DNA of 64,000 nucleotides from Bacteroidales bacterium (GTDB lineage Bacteria > Bacteroidota > Bacteroidia > Bacteroidales > FEN-979): NCBI GenBank assembly GCA_025355465.1, contig JANXZO010000075.1, positions 51,564-115,563 on the forward strand, in the 5' to 3' direction. This document shows positions 15,444-26,044 of this stretch, piece after piece. How positions within the stretch are numbered: the first letter of the stretch is position 1; every line of letters starts with the position of its first letter. The position numbers and the translations under genes were made by a program. The notes below the pieces were generated by a model that was not told the origin of the DNA, did not search any database, and was given only the letters and a program-made list of their open reading frames with translations.

Positions 15444-17960
15444 ATGAAAAAAATCTTTGACTTTCTGATATCTTCACAAATGATGTTATTGCTGCTGATG
15501 ACTTTTGCACTGGCCATCGGATCGGCAACTTTTATTGAAGAGAAATTTGATACGGCCACTGCACACCGTGTTGTTTACAATGCCTGGTGGTTCGAGCTGA
15601 TCCTGCTGCTGCTGGCGGTGAATTTTATCGGGTCAATAAAACGATATAACCTCTGGCGCCGGGAAAAAGTTGCCAGCCTGCTTTTTCATCTCGCCTTTGT
15701 CGTGCTGATCATCGGGGCCGGAATTACACGGTATTTTGGTTTTGAAGGTATGATGCACATCCGTGAAGGGGGCTCTTCGCAGGTTATCTTCTGCGAAGGC
15801 AGGGATGGTGCAGGGATGAAAGAGATAACACTCCCGTTTTCGCTGCAGCTCAACGATTTTGTGCTCGACCGTTATGCCGGTTCCATGAGCCCCTCCTCCT
15901 ATGCCAGTGAGGTGACGCTCATCGACACCCGGAAGAATATTCGTGAAGAACACCGGATCTATATGAACCATGTGCTCGATTACGGAGGGTATCGCTTTTT
16001 CCAGTCCTCCTACGACATGGATGAAAAGGGAACAGTGCTCTCGGTGAACCACGACCGTGCCGGCACCTGGGTATCCTACTTCGGATACCTTCTTCTGTCC
16101 ATCGGGTTTGTGGCTACCCTGTTCAGCCGCAACTCAAGGTTCCGCATTCTCAGCAAAGCGATCGACAGGATCCGTGCCGACCGCAAATCCGGCCTTACCG
16201 CCCTGGTAGTATTGCTGTTTATGGTCACCACTTCGGTTTATGCCCAACCGGCCTTGCCAGCGGAACAGCAGGGGGTTCAGGCGCACGTGGGGGCTGCACA
16301 TGCCGAAAAGCTGGGCCACCTGCTGGTACAGACCTTCGATGGCCGGTTTGAACCGATTCATACCCTGGCTTATGATGTGATGCATAAAATTTCGCGCAAA
16401 GATCACTTTCATACAGACCAGAAAGGAGACATGGATGCCGTTCAGGTTTTTGTGGATATGATTATGGATCCTGAATTCTGGAAACAGCAGAAAATTATCT
16501 ATGTACGGGAGAAGCCGGTGAGAGATATCCTCGGTGTAACTGGTGAATATGCCTGTTTCTACGATTTTCTCGATGCGCAGGGGCGGTATAAACTCTCCTC
16601 CTTCGCTGAAACTGCTTTCCGAAAACGGCCGGCAGCGCAAAATGCCTTCGACAAGGAGATCATCAAGGTGGATGAACGGGCCAACATCTGGATGTCGGTT
16701 CAAAATGGTTCACTCCTGAAGATATTCCCGCTTCAGAACGCTCCCAACCACAAGTGGATCAGTTTTGTTGATTCGCTGGCGCAGGTGCCGCTCACCGGAA
16801 AACTCCTGGAGATAAACAAGGACCTTCCGCTTAACCAGTTTGACTACAACAACATGATGCACTACTACATGCAGACAGTTTTTGACGGAGCACGCAACGG
16901 CGACTATGCGCTGGCCGATAAAGCCTTGATGCACCTCTCGGATACCCAGCGGCAGGGAACTCCCGGCACAATCCTGCCCACCCCATCCATGGTAAATACC
17001 GAAATCCGGTACAATAAATCACAGATCTTTGTCACGCTACGTAACATTTATGCAATACTGAGTATTTTGATGCTGATCCTTGCCTTTGTTGACAATCTCC
17101 GGTTAAAAAAGAGCCGGCTGCTCACCCTGGCGCTGAATTTGCTGGCCATCCTGCTCGGTGCCGCCTTCTTATACCATACCTATGGGATGGGACTGCGGTG
17201 GTACCTCACGGGTCATGCCCCCTGGAGCAATGGCTATGAAGCGCTCCTTCTGGTGGCCTGGGGGAGCCTGCTGGCCGGATTCTGTTTCATGCGCTACTCA
17301 AAGATTACCCTGGCAGCCACCGCCGTGCTTGCTTTTATGGTGCTGATGACGGCCGGGCACAGCAGTTACGACCCGCAGCTTACCAACCTTCAGCCGGTGC
17401 TGAAATCCTATTGGCTCATCATTCATGTGGCGGTCATCACGGTGAGTTATGGCTTCCTGGCGTTGGGGTTCCTGCTGGGTATGATCAATATGTGTATCTA
17501 CATTCTAAAGACGGAAGGTACGGCCGCCCGGCTCAATCAGATTATCAAAGAGCTGACGCTGACCAACGAGATGGCGCTCATTATCGGAATCGTACTGGCA
17601 ACCGTAGGCACCTTCCTTGGCGGCGTGTGGGCCAACGAATCGTGGGGACGTTACTGGGGTTGGGATGCCAAGGAGACCTGGGCGCTGGCGATCGTCATCA
17701 CCTATGCCATGATCCTTCACCTGCGTTTTGTACCGGGCATGAAAGGCGGATTTGTCTTTAATGTAGCTTCGGTGATCGGCTTTGGCAGCGTGATCATGAC
17801 CTTTGTCGGGGTTAACTATTACCTGTCGAAAGGACTTCACAGCTATGCCGCCGACGACAACAAGGTTTTCCCGCTCTGGGCCTGGGGAGGGATCGCAGCG
17901 ATCCTGTTGCTGATTGTTGCAGCCTGGTTCCGGGAACGGAGGTTCAAAAATTCGGAGTAA
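15444..17960 (+). CDS. ccsA: System II cytochrome c synthase, fused CcsB-CcsA (CcsBA)
   Basis: N-terminal ResB-like TMs (VY.AWWF, FH.AF), FFQSSYD.DE.GT.LSVN.D, HAPWSNGYE, PVLKSYWL.IHV, WWD domain WANESWGRYWGWDAKETW, GLHSY. Confidence 0.95.
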   Translation: MKKIFDFLISSQMMLLLLMTFALAIGSATFIEEKFDTATAHRVVYNAWWFELILLLLAVNFIGSIKRYNLWRREKVASLLFHLAFVVLIIGAGITRYFGFEGMMHIREGGSSQVIFCEGRDGAGMKEITLPFSLQLNDFVLDRYAGSMSPSSYASEVTLIDTRKNIREEHRIYMNHVLDYGGYRFFQSSYDMDEKGTVLSVNHDRAGTWVSYFGYLLLSIGFVATLFSRNSRFRILSKAIDRIRADRKSGLTALVVLLFMVTTSVYAQPALPAEQQGVQAHVGAAHAEKLGHLLVQTFDGRFEPIHTLAYDVMHKISRKDHFHTDQKGDMDAVQVFVDMIMDPEFWKQQKIIYVREKPVRDILGVTGEYACFYDFLDAQGRYKLSSFAETAFRKRPAAQNAFDKEIIKVDERANIWMSVQNGSLLKIFPLQNAPNHKWISFVDSLAQVPLTGKLLEINKDLPLNQFDYNNMMHYYMQTVFDGARNGDYALADKALMHLSDTQRQGTPGTILPTPSMVNTEIRYNKSQIFVTLRNIYAILSILMLILAFVDNLRLKKSRLLTLALNLLAILLGAAFLYHTYGMGLRWYLTGHAPWSNGYEALLLVAWGSLLAGFCFMRYSKITLAATAVLAFMVLMTAGHSSYDPQLTNLQPVLKSYWLIIHVAVITVSYGFLALGFLLGMINMCIYILKTEGTAARLNQIIKELTLTNEMALIIGIVLATVGTFLGGVWANESWGRYWGWDAKETWALAIVITYAMILHLRFVPGMKGGFVFNVASVIGFGSVIMTFVGVNYYLSKGLHSYAADDNKVFPLWAWGGIAAILLLIVAAWFRERRFKNSE

Positions 17961-17973
17961 CTTAGGGGCCAGA

Positions 17974-19045
17974 ATGACTGCCACAACGCTATCTCCCTTT
18001 ACCAGTTCCAAATTCCGTTTCTGGGCTTTTATTTCCATGGTGTTACTCGTATTCGTTCACGGGTATATACCTCGGCGACCGTTACCTGCAACCCTGGACC
18101 CTTCCGGGTGAGCCCCTCTCCTTTACCGGATTTACTGAATATTACCTGGCGAATGGTCTCTTCAGGTTCAGGATTCCCATGCTTTTTATCATCTCGGGTT
18201 TCCTGTTTGCCATGCATGACGAAGTCCCCCGGAAAAAACGGATCGGGAAGCGATTCCGTACGCTGTTTTTGCCCTACCTGTTGTGGAGTGCCATCGGTTT
18301 CGGATTTACCTTCGCGCTGGAACTTACTGGCTGGGGCCGCGATCTGGTCTCCTCCTCGGGGGTTGTACAGATAGGTCCGGAACGCACCCTGCTGCCCGAC
18401 TACCATTGGTATGAGATGATCGCCCGGTGGCTGCTCTTCCCGGTGCCTTACCAGCTATGGTTCATCCGTGTCCTGTTTATTTATAACCTGGCCTATCCGC
18501 TCCTGAAATGGTGTGTAACCCATCGCATTGCCCGCTGATTCATTTTCGGCGTCGCGGTATTGATGTGGCTGGGCACCATGGGTTTCATATTTTTCGAGGG
18601 GGAGGGTCTGCTATTTTTCTCACTGGGTATATGGATGCAGAAACGGGGTTTCAACATCGACACACCCGGGCCATGGCTTCGGCCGCTGTGGTGGGGCCTT
18701 GCCTTTATATTCCTGGCAGCTGTTAAGACCTTCCTGGCTTTCAATGGAGCGTCAATGCTGGGTCAGGCTCTTGGCCCGGTCCCGCTGGTGCGATGGAGTA
18801 TGAACAGAACGTGGTTCGTGTGGATGAGCGCCTTCTCGTTTATCATCTATGCACTTCACACACCCCTTCTGGCCTATGTCATCAACCCGGCGCTCTCGCT
18901 GGGCGCGGGAATTCCCGGTTTTCAGCTGCTTACGTTCTTCTGGCTCCCGGTCACCGTCATCATCTTCTGCATTCTCACCGGCGCACTCCTTCGTGCCGTG
19001 GCGCCCAAAGTTTACGGGCTCCTCACCGGGGGGCGGGGGATGTAA
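17974..19045 (+). pseudogene. Acyltransferase 3 family membrane protein, disrupted
   Basis: F.SMVLLVFVH start, frameshift near 18070, P.LF.ISGFLF, KRFRTLFLPYLLW, YQLWFIR; in-frame TGA at 18536-18538; C-terminal SFIIYALH...GLLTGGR. Confidence 0.75.
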
Positions 19046-19080
19046 CAGGTTCCTGTTCCGGGAACGGAAGAATACCGGCG

Positions 19081-21891
19081 TTACGGCCGCATAATCACCT
19101 CGATGACATTGCCTTGTCCCAGGGCTTTTTTGGCATATTCGTGCACCGACTTGGTTGTCAGGTCTTTTACCTTCTCCTCAAAACCGGTCAGATAATCAAG
19201 GTGGTACAGGTAATAATCAGACAGCGTAACGTTCCACCAGTTATTTTCCTTCATGTCCTCCTGCCGTTGTTTCAGGAAATATTCCCTGGCTTTCTGCAGG
19301 TCCGCTTCAGAAGGGCCATTGGCGATCATGTTTGCAATCTCCTTATGAACGATGCTCACGAGTTTGTCGGCTTTGAGGGGATCGGTGTCGAAACCAACGT
19401 TCAGCATGAAGCCGGGTTCGGGGTATTTGTTCACGTTGTAGGAGACACGAACGCTGTAGGTGCCTCCTTCATCTTCGCGGATTGCCTGAACATATCTCAG
19501 CTCAAGCACATGGCGGATGGCGGCGCCAAAAAGACGATCGTCGGCAGTGAACCCGCAGCTGCCATTGTAGTTTACAAACACCGAAGTACGGGGGGTCTTG
19601 TTTTCCCGCCTGAAGTCGTTTGCCACACGACCTTTCGGTGTGCGAACGCCGTCATCCCGGTAACCATCCATCCGTTTCACCGTGGGCAGTGAAGCGAGGT
19701 ACTTTTCAAGCAGGGGCTTTGCCTTTGCGGGATCGATTTTACCGACGAACTGAAAGGTGAAGTTCCCCGGATCAGAAAACCGCGATTTATACACCGAATG
19801 CAGTTTTTCAAAGGTCACTTCGTTCAATAGCTGATAGCTCATGGGTGTGCGGCGCGGATTGTGGTTGGAAACCATCACCGAGATGGTATCGTTGAAGGCA
19901 CTGCGCGGGTCGGAAGAGAAGTTGATGTAATACGCCTTTAACTTCTCCATCCAGGTGTTGAAATCGGTCTGACTCCAGCGTGGACTGGTGAAGGTGAGAT
20001 AGATCATTTGCAGTGCGGTTTCGAGATCCTTGGGCGAGGTGCGCGAATTGACCATCTCCTGGTCGTCGGAAACGCCCAGCGAAGTCTGTACGCGTTTGCC
20101 TGCCAGCAGCTTGTTCAGGTCGGTGCGGGAATAGCTGCCGATCCCCATTTGTGACAAAGCATCGCCGAGGAAGCCGGCAGTGCGTACTTCATCGTCGGGA
20201 AGCATAGAGGTTCCGCCGGCAGAAAATCCCCGGATGATCAGTTCGTCCTCCTTGATGTCGGTGGGTTTAAATACCACCTTCATGCCATTGGAAAGGGTCC
20301 AGATGGTTCCGAAAGGTGTATTTTCAGCAACGCTCACCACCTTCCCGGGAACAGGTTCCTTCTCCATCAGCTTCTTACCTGCCATGGCATCCACATAAGG
20401 GCCGATTTTGGCGCTGCGGCACGATACCAGCAAAGCAGTGATCTCCTTTTCGCCCGGAATGGTGATACCCTCCTTTTCGGGTCCGGTAACGGTGACAATC
20501 ATGTTATCGTCGCGAACAAAGCCACGGGCCATCTTATTCACCTCATCCAGGGTGATGCCGGGCATCTCTGTCCTGGTAAAATTATATTCGTATTCGATGC
20601 CCGGATTGGGGTTGTTGGTCAGGAAGTTGGATACATTGGGATAGACCAGTTCCCTGTTTTTGCGTTTGTCGCGGTCCATATACCGTGATTCATAATTGCG
20701 CAGGATATTGGCCTTGGCCCGGTCGAATTCACCAGGTGTAAAACCATACTGCTTCAACCGTTCCATCTCTGTAACCAGGGCGGTAAGCGCTTTGATCCCC
20801 TGGTTGTTAGCGGCCTGGGCCATGCCTGAAAAGGCATCCTTGGTACGCGTAAAACCGCCATAAGAGCTGTAAGCCATGAGGAACGGGGGATTTTCGGTGC
20901 GGGCGATCTCCTGCATCCGCTGGCCGAACATGGCGTTGATCAGCATCCTCTCGAGCTGAATGCGCATGTAGCCGAGGTTCTTGTCCTTTTCCGGGATGGC
21001 GTCGTGTTTGTAACTCACATCAACCATGGTCGAGGTAGCCTCCTTGTCCGTAGCGGTGCCAATCAGCGGTTCCTTGTTGTCGGGCACGGCATACTCCTCC
21101 TTGGCGGTCGGGTTCTTTACCGAGGGAATGGTGTTGAAGAGCTTTTTGATCTTGGCTTCCATCACATTTTCGTCGAAATCGCCCACCACAATGATGGCCT
21201 GAAGGTCGGGCCGGTACCATTTCTTGTAGAAGTTTGTGATGGTCTCCTGTTTAAAGTGATTGATGACGGCGGTATCGCCGATCACATTGCGTTTGGCATA
21301 CTTAGACCCCTTGTAAATGATGGGCGCCAGCTGGTTGTCCATGCGCTCCCCGGCCGAACCATACATGCGCCACTCCTCGCGGATCACCCCCCGTTCGAGG
21401 TCCACCTCCGAAGGTACAAAAGAGATGTAGCTCGACCAGTCGTGAAGGATCAGCAGGGCCGAGTCAATGATCCCTTCACGCAAAAGAGGCACATTGGAGA
21501 GGTTGTATACAGTTTGTTCAACGCCGGTGCCTGCATTTACATTGGTGCCAAATTTCACGCCGATGGTGGCGAGGTAATCGAGCAGGGTCTTTTTCGGGTA
21601 GTTTTCGGTTCCGTTGAAGGCCATGTGCTCAGTGAAATGAGCCAACCCGTTCTGGTCATCGTCCTCGAGGATGGCACCCACGTTGTGGGCAATGTAGAAC
21701 TCTCCCCGTTTTTCGGGCAGCTTGTTCGACCGGATGTAATAATGCATGCCGTTCTCAAGGACTCCGGTACGCACTTTGGGGTCGAGGGGCGGCATCTGCT
21801 TCAGGTCGTAGGTTGTCTGGGCAGTTACAAATCCTGCCATGATCACGGTCAGGAGGAGGGCGGAGAGGGTCCGCAGGAGATGGGTTTTCAT
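19081..21891 (-). CDS. M16 family zinc protease (PqqL-like)
   Basis: Signal peptide; GVLENG..YYI; inverted zinc motif HFTEH; ERGVIREE; FYKKWYRPD; IREDEGGTY. Confidence 0.95.
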   Translation of the reverse strand: MKTHLLRTLSALLLTVIMAGFVTAQTTYDLKQMPPLDPKVRTGVLENGMHYYIRSNKLPEKRGEFYIAHNVGAILEDDDQNGLAHFTEHMAFNGTENYPKKTLLDYLATIGVKFGTNVNAGTGVEQTVYNLSNVPLLREGIIDSALLILHDWSSYISFVPSEVDLERGVIREEWRMYGSAGERMDNQLAPIIYKGSKYAKRNVIGDTAVINHFKQETITNFYKKWYRPDLQAIIVVGDFDENVMEAKIKKLFNTIPSVKNPTAKEEYAVPDNKEPLIGTATDKEATSTMVDVSYKHDAIPEKDKNLGYMRIQLERMLINAMFGQRMQEIARTENPPFLMAYSSYGGFTRTKDAFSGMAQAANNQGIKALTALVTEMERLKQYGFTPGEFDRAKANILRNYESRYMDRDKRKNRELVYPNVSNFLTNNPNPGIEYEYNFTRTEMPGITLDEVNKMARGFVRDDNMIVTVTGPEKEGITIPGEKEITALLVSCRSAKIGPYVDAMAGKKLMEKEPVPGKVVSVAENTPFGTIWTLSNGMKVVFKPTDIKEDELIIRGFSAGGTSMLPDDEVRTAGFLGDALSQMGIGSYSRTDLNKLLAGKRVQTSLGVSDDQEMVNSRTSPKDLETALQMIYLTFTSPRWSQTDFNTWMEKLKAYYINFSSDPRSAFNDTISVMVSNHNPRRTPMSYQLLNEVTFEKLHSVYKSRFSDPGNFTFQFVGKIDPAKAKPLLEKYLASLPTVKRMDGYRDDGVRTPKGRVANDFRRENKTPRTSVFVNYNGSCGFTADDRLFGAAIRHVLELRYVQAIREDEGGTYSVRVSYNVNKYPEPGFMLNVGFDTDPLKADKLVSIVHKEIANMIANGPSEADLQKAREYFLKQRQEDMKENNWWNVTLSDYYLYHLDYLTGFEEKVKDLTTKSVHEYAKKALGQGNVIEVIMRP

Positions 21892-21917
21892 AAAGGGAAG
21901 GGTTAGGAATGAATTTA

Positions 21918-23507
21918 TTACCGGTATAAATAACGTTTGATGCTTCTCTTGGGTGTCTTTTCAAATTCAGCCGGGGTGATCTCAAAACCGGCAATGTTGA
22001 TATATTTTGGCAGGCGGTGGTTCAGGTCGTGGATATAGCCCTTAAAGATGGTATCGAGCTCCTCCCGGGTGTGACCGGCCTTTTCCACGGCGTCGTAGTC
22101 GGGACAGATCAGCGCGAGGAGTTTTTCATCACGTTCAATGATCAACGATTCCATCACCATAAAGCGGTTGTTCAGCACCGATTCTATCTCTTCAGGATAG
22201 ATGTTCTTTCCCGACGGGCCCAGGATCATATTCTTACTTCGTCCTTTGATGTAGATGTTCCCATCCCTGTCGATCACCCCGAGGTCGCCGGAATGAAGCC
22301 AGCCATCACTGTCGATGACCGCACGGGTTGCCTCTTCGTTTTTGTAGTAACCCAGCATCACATGGTTTCCGCGCATGAGGATCTCACCGGCCACATGCTG
22401 CGGGTCGGCTGAGTCGATCCGCACTTCCAGTTCATCCACGGCACGTCCGGAGGCGCCAAGCCGGGTCGTCTTCCAGGAGGCATAGGAGATGAGCGGACCG
22501 CATTCCGTCATGCCATAGCCCACGGTGAAAGGGAAGCCCATCTTCTTGAAAAACTGTTCGGCCTGTGTGTTGAAAGGAGCGCCGCCAATGACCAGCTCCC
22601 GGAAGTTTCCGCCAAAAACGGCGATCATTTTATCGCGGATCTTTTTGTACAACAGCAAATTCACGCCCGGAATGGCAAGGAGGATGCGCATCTGCGGCTT
22701 CCTGATCACCGGCAGCAACTGGGTCTTGTAGATCTTCTCGATCACCAGGGGCACCGACAGGATGAGGGCCGGCCGGATCTCCTGGAAGGCCTGCATGATG
22801 ATTTTCGGCGAAGGCGTTTTGGTAAGAAAGGTGATGTCGCACCCCAGGGTGAATGGGAAGAGGAATTCGAAGGCACAACCATAGGTATGGGCCAGCGGCA
22901 GGAATGAGAGTATTTTATCCCCCGGGTTGAGCGGCATATTCCGGTGGGCGTAAAGGATATTTCCCAGTAAACTCTTGTGCTGCAGCATCACCCCCTTCGA
23001 AAATCCTGTGGTCCCCGAGGTATAACTGATCACGGCCAGATCCGGCAAATTTGCATCCTGCCTCCGTGTTCCTGCCTCCGTGTTCCTGCTGAAGAGCTCC
23101 TCAAACCCGGGAATCCTCAGCACCTTCTGAACCAGCGGCATCTCAGCAGGGGTGAGTTCGGCGAAGATGCTCTCTTCAACGAAAAGCATCACCGATTCGG
23201 AATGCGTCACAATATAATGTACGTCGGCTGGTTTGAAATCGGGAAGGATGGGTACGATCACCGCGCCATAGGTAACCGTGGCCAGGTAGATGATACCCCA
23301 GTTGGCTGAATTCTTCCCCAACAGGGCGATTTTATCGCCTTTGCTGATTCCGGACTTACTGAAAATGTTGTGAATGGTGCGAATTCGCGCACCCACTTCG
23401 TCAAAGGTGAAACTCTCACCACCGTAGTCGGTAAGAGCCCGTTTATCGCTGTTCTCAATGATGGCATTCTCAAAAAGTGCAACCAGATTTTCAGTGTTGG
23501 AAATCAT
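21918..23507 (-). CDS. Long-chain fatty acid-CoA ligase (AMP-binding)
   Basis: YTSGTTGFSKG, FLPLAH, GYGMTE, GWLHSGDLG, GRSKN, KTPKRSIKR. Confidence 0.93.
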   Translation of the reverse strand: MISNTENLVALFENAIIENSDKRALTDYGGESFTFDEVGARIRTIHNIFSKSGISKGDKIALLGKNSANWGIIYLATVTYGAVIVPILPDFKPADVHYIVTHSESVMLFVEESIFAELTPAEMPLVQKVLRIPGFEELFSRNTEAGTRRQDANLPDLAVISYTSGTTGFSKGVMLQHKSLLGNILYAHRNMPLNPGDKILSFLPLAHTYGCAFEFLFPFTLGCDITFLTKTPSPKIIMQAFQEIRPALILSVPLVIEKIYKTQLLPVIRKPQMRILLAIPGVNLLLYKKIRDKMIAVFGGNFRELVIGGAPFNTQAEQFFKKMGFPFTVGYGMTECGPLISYASWKTTRLGASGRAVDELEVRIDSADPQHVAGEILMRGNHVMLGYYKNEEATRAVIDSDGWLHSGDLGVIDRDGNIYIKGRSKNMILGPSGKNIYPEEIESVLNNRFMVMESLIIERDEKLLALICPDYDAVEKAGHTREELDTIFKGYIHDLNHRLPKYINIAGFEITPAEFEKTPKRSIKRYLYR

Positions 23508-23583
23508 GCAGTCAGGGATTTGGGTGCACTAATGTAGTAACAATTTCCCAAAAGAAACAATGAAACGGAGAAATCAGCGCAAT

Positions 23584-24645
23584 TCACTTCCGGAAATAGT
23601 CGACCGTCATTTGAAATGCCGCTTCTTTGCTGTATTTTGGAATAAATCCGAAATCTCTTTCCGCCTTGTTAGTGTTAAAGGTGAAGTCGCTGCAGGTATA
23701 CATCACGGCAAACCGGCTGAATTTGGGGTTGTACTTTTTGACCGGACGGATCAGGAGGGCAAATAATTCGGCCATGGCTCCCATGGCGTAGGCGATGGGG
23801 CGCGGTATCCAGACATTCGCGGGCCGGATCCGGTAACCGGCGCCTTCTACGATGGCGTCAAAAAACCTGAAGAAGTTGGACGGGGGGCCGTCGCTGATGA
23901 AATAGGGCTGGCCGGCAACGGCAGGATTTCCGTTGCGCAGTGCTGCGGCGGCCTCGGCATGGGCCCGTGCGATGTTCCCCACGAAAACGTGCTGTGATTT
24001 TGCACTTCCGTCGCCGAGCCTTACATAGAAGCCACCCCGCGCCATGTTGATCAGCGACCCGATATGAAACGGATCGGCGGGACCATAAACATCGGCCGGC
24101 CGTAACACGCAGGTGGTAAAAATGGCCCCATATCCTGGCATCTTCGTGTTGTTGGCCTCCAGAACCAGTTTTTCGGCGAGACACTTCGACCGGCAGTACA
24201 TATTCGGATGTTCCGCCGGGTAGGGGAGGCTCTCGTCAATATCAACCAGGGGTTTTCCGCCATAGATGGCATCGAGGGAGCTGGTATAAACCAGGTGTTT
24301 CACACCGCGCTGCAGACAGGCGTTTACCATGTTCTCCGTGCCAGTGAAATTTACAGCGCAGACTTCCGCCTCCGGCTTGGTTCCCCAGTCTACGATGGCA
24401 GCCGAGTGGATCACCAGATCGATCCCTTCGCAGGCAAGTAACATGGCAGCGGTGTCGCGGATATCAGCGGTGATTATCTCAAGGCGCGGATCGGTAGGGC
24501 CTTGATACGGCGCCACGTCGAGAAGCCGGAGCCGCGAGAAGGCAATCGGGGAGTCGGCTGCCAGGAGCTCTTTTACGATGGCATTGCCGATGAAGCCGGA
24601 AGCGCCGGTAAGCAGAATAGAGCAGGGAGGTTTTGGGTCATTCAT
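23584..24645 (-). CDS. 3-beta-hydroxysteroid dehydrogenase/isomerase-like extended SDR
   Basis: TGASGFIG, VIHSAA, YTSS, YCRSK (YxxxK), LRPADVYGP. Confidence 0.88.
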   Translation of the reverse strand: MNDPKPPCSILLTGASGFIGNAIVKELLAADSPIAFSRLRLLDVAPYQGPTDPRLEIITADIRDTAAMLLACEGIDLVIHSAAIVDWGTKPEAEVCAVNFTGTENMVNACLQRGVKHLVYTSSLDAIYGGKPLVDIDESLPYPAEHPNMYCRSKCLAEKLVLEANNTKMPGYGAIFTTCVLRPADVYGPADPFHIGSLINMARGGFYVRLGDGSAKSQHVFVGNIARAHAEAAAALRNGNPAVAGQPYFISDGPPSNFFRFFDAIVEGAGYRIRPANVWIPRPIAYAMGAMAELFALLIRPVKKYNPKFSRFAVMYTCSDFTFNTNKAERDFGFIPKYSKEAAFQMTVDYFRK

Positions 24646-24712
24646 GACATACTTTGTTCAGAATATTTTGGAGCCGCTAAAATGCTGATAATTTTCGATA
24701 AATTTGACCCCG

Positions 24713-25390
24713 ATGAAAAAAGAGATCTATCTGATCGGCGGAACCGGCACCGAGACCTATCCGGAATTTCACAAACGGATTCTGGCAGCCGCAGAAGCGG
24801 CAATCGTTGAATACAGTCCCGAAAAGCTCTGGCTGACCCTTACCATGGAACCGCCGCCACGGTTGTCGGTCATCCCTTTCAGACGACAGAAAACAGCCGC
24901 CATCTCGGTCATCCGTAAAGACGAGGAAACGACAAAAATGGAACTACTGACGCAGCTTTCCGGCTTCCGGTCGGCCACCACGGTGGAGGAGGCAATACCG
25001 GTAAGCTACAGCAAAAGCTGGAAGAACGGCACCCTCACGCCCGGCATCTGCCTGCTGACCCTTTTCAGGCAAAAACAGGGACTTCCACGGGAAACATTCC
25101 TCGACAGGTGGCACAACAGCCACACCCCGCTGTCGCTGAGAATTCACCCATTGTGGCATTACAACCGCAATGTGGTGACCGTAAGGTTTGGTGCCGCCGA
25201 ACCCGCCTGGGACGGCATTGTAGAGGAGCATTTCCGCACCCGCGCCGACCTCCTCAACCCTTTTCTTTTTTTTGGAAACCCGCTGGTGATCATTCAGCAC
25301 ATGATGGAGGTCTACAGAGATACCAATTCGTTCCTCGACTACAAAACCATTGAGCCCTACCTCGTCCGGGAGTACCACCTGAAATCGTAG
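24713..25390 (+). CDS. EthD-domain hypothetical protein
   Basis: GL.RETF..RWH..H.P, YNRNVV, WDGIVE EthD-like signature. Confidence 0.65.
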   Translation: MKKEIYLIGGTGTETYPEFHKRILAAAEAAIVEYSPEKLWLTLTMEPPPRLSVIPFRRQKTAAISVIRKDEETTKMELLTQLSGFRSATTVEEAIPVSYSKSWKNGTLTPGICLLTLFRQKQGLPRETFLDRWHNSHTPLSLRIHPLWHYNRNVVTVRFGAAEPAWDGIVEEHFRTRADLLNPFLFFGNPLVIIQHMMEVYRDTNSFLDYKTIEPYLVREYHLKS

Positions 25391-25457
25391 AATCCAACAG
25401 ATCCTCACCGTCCGGGAGCTTCTGCGGGGAGATCCGCAAACAGAAAGGAGAAAAGCC

Positions 25458-25972
25458 ATGATGACAAAAAAATTCCTGCTCCTCTTGATCGCCTTCCGGC
25501 GTCTGCCGGCAATCAGGACTCCTCCTCCTTTCATGTCGCCAGACAGCTTGGCAACTGTTACAATGAGCTCCGGCGCTCCGACTCGGCCATCCGCTTCTAC
25601 AGAAGGGCGCTCAGGATCACCCCTTTCGACCCGAATGTGACCGGGAAGCTGATCAATGTGCTCATTCGTGATGAACAGATATCCATGGCACTTTACTGGT
25701 CGCAGGTATACCTGCAGCATGACTCAGCCTGGATCCCCATTCTGAAGAGGGCTCTGGAGGCTAATCCTGCAAACAACCGGATCCGCTTTAAGATGGCCTA
25801 CCAGTATGACATTTACCTTCGGAAACCCTTCGAAGCCCTGCCCTGGTACCGCGAATTCCTCAAATATCTCACCCCGGAAACGGAGAAACTGTACTACTCC
25901 GCCCTACAGGTTCCCTACAGTGAGTATGCAAAGAACAGAATAAAAGAAATTTCGGGGAACCGGAACAAATAA
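25458..25972 (+). pseudogene. Exported TPR protein remnant
   Basis: Signal-like MMTKKFLLLLIA out of frame with TPR-like QLGNCYNEL..SDSAIRFYRRAL and ..KRALEANP..MAYQYD segments. Confidence 0.5.
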
Positions 25973-26044
25973 TCCTTATTTTTACCGATTCAAAATAAAG
26001 AGGTGGCAATTGAGTCGCGAAGCGGTAGAAACAACAAATTATTC

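Noticed and set aside
18536..18538. In-frame TGA as selenocysteine or recoding
   Set aside because: Membrane acyltransferase context, probably TGG to TGA; the gene also has a frameshift; other genes use TGA as stop
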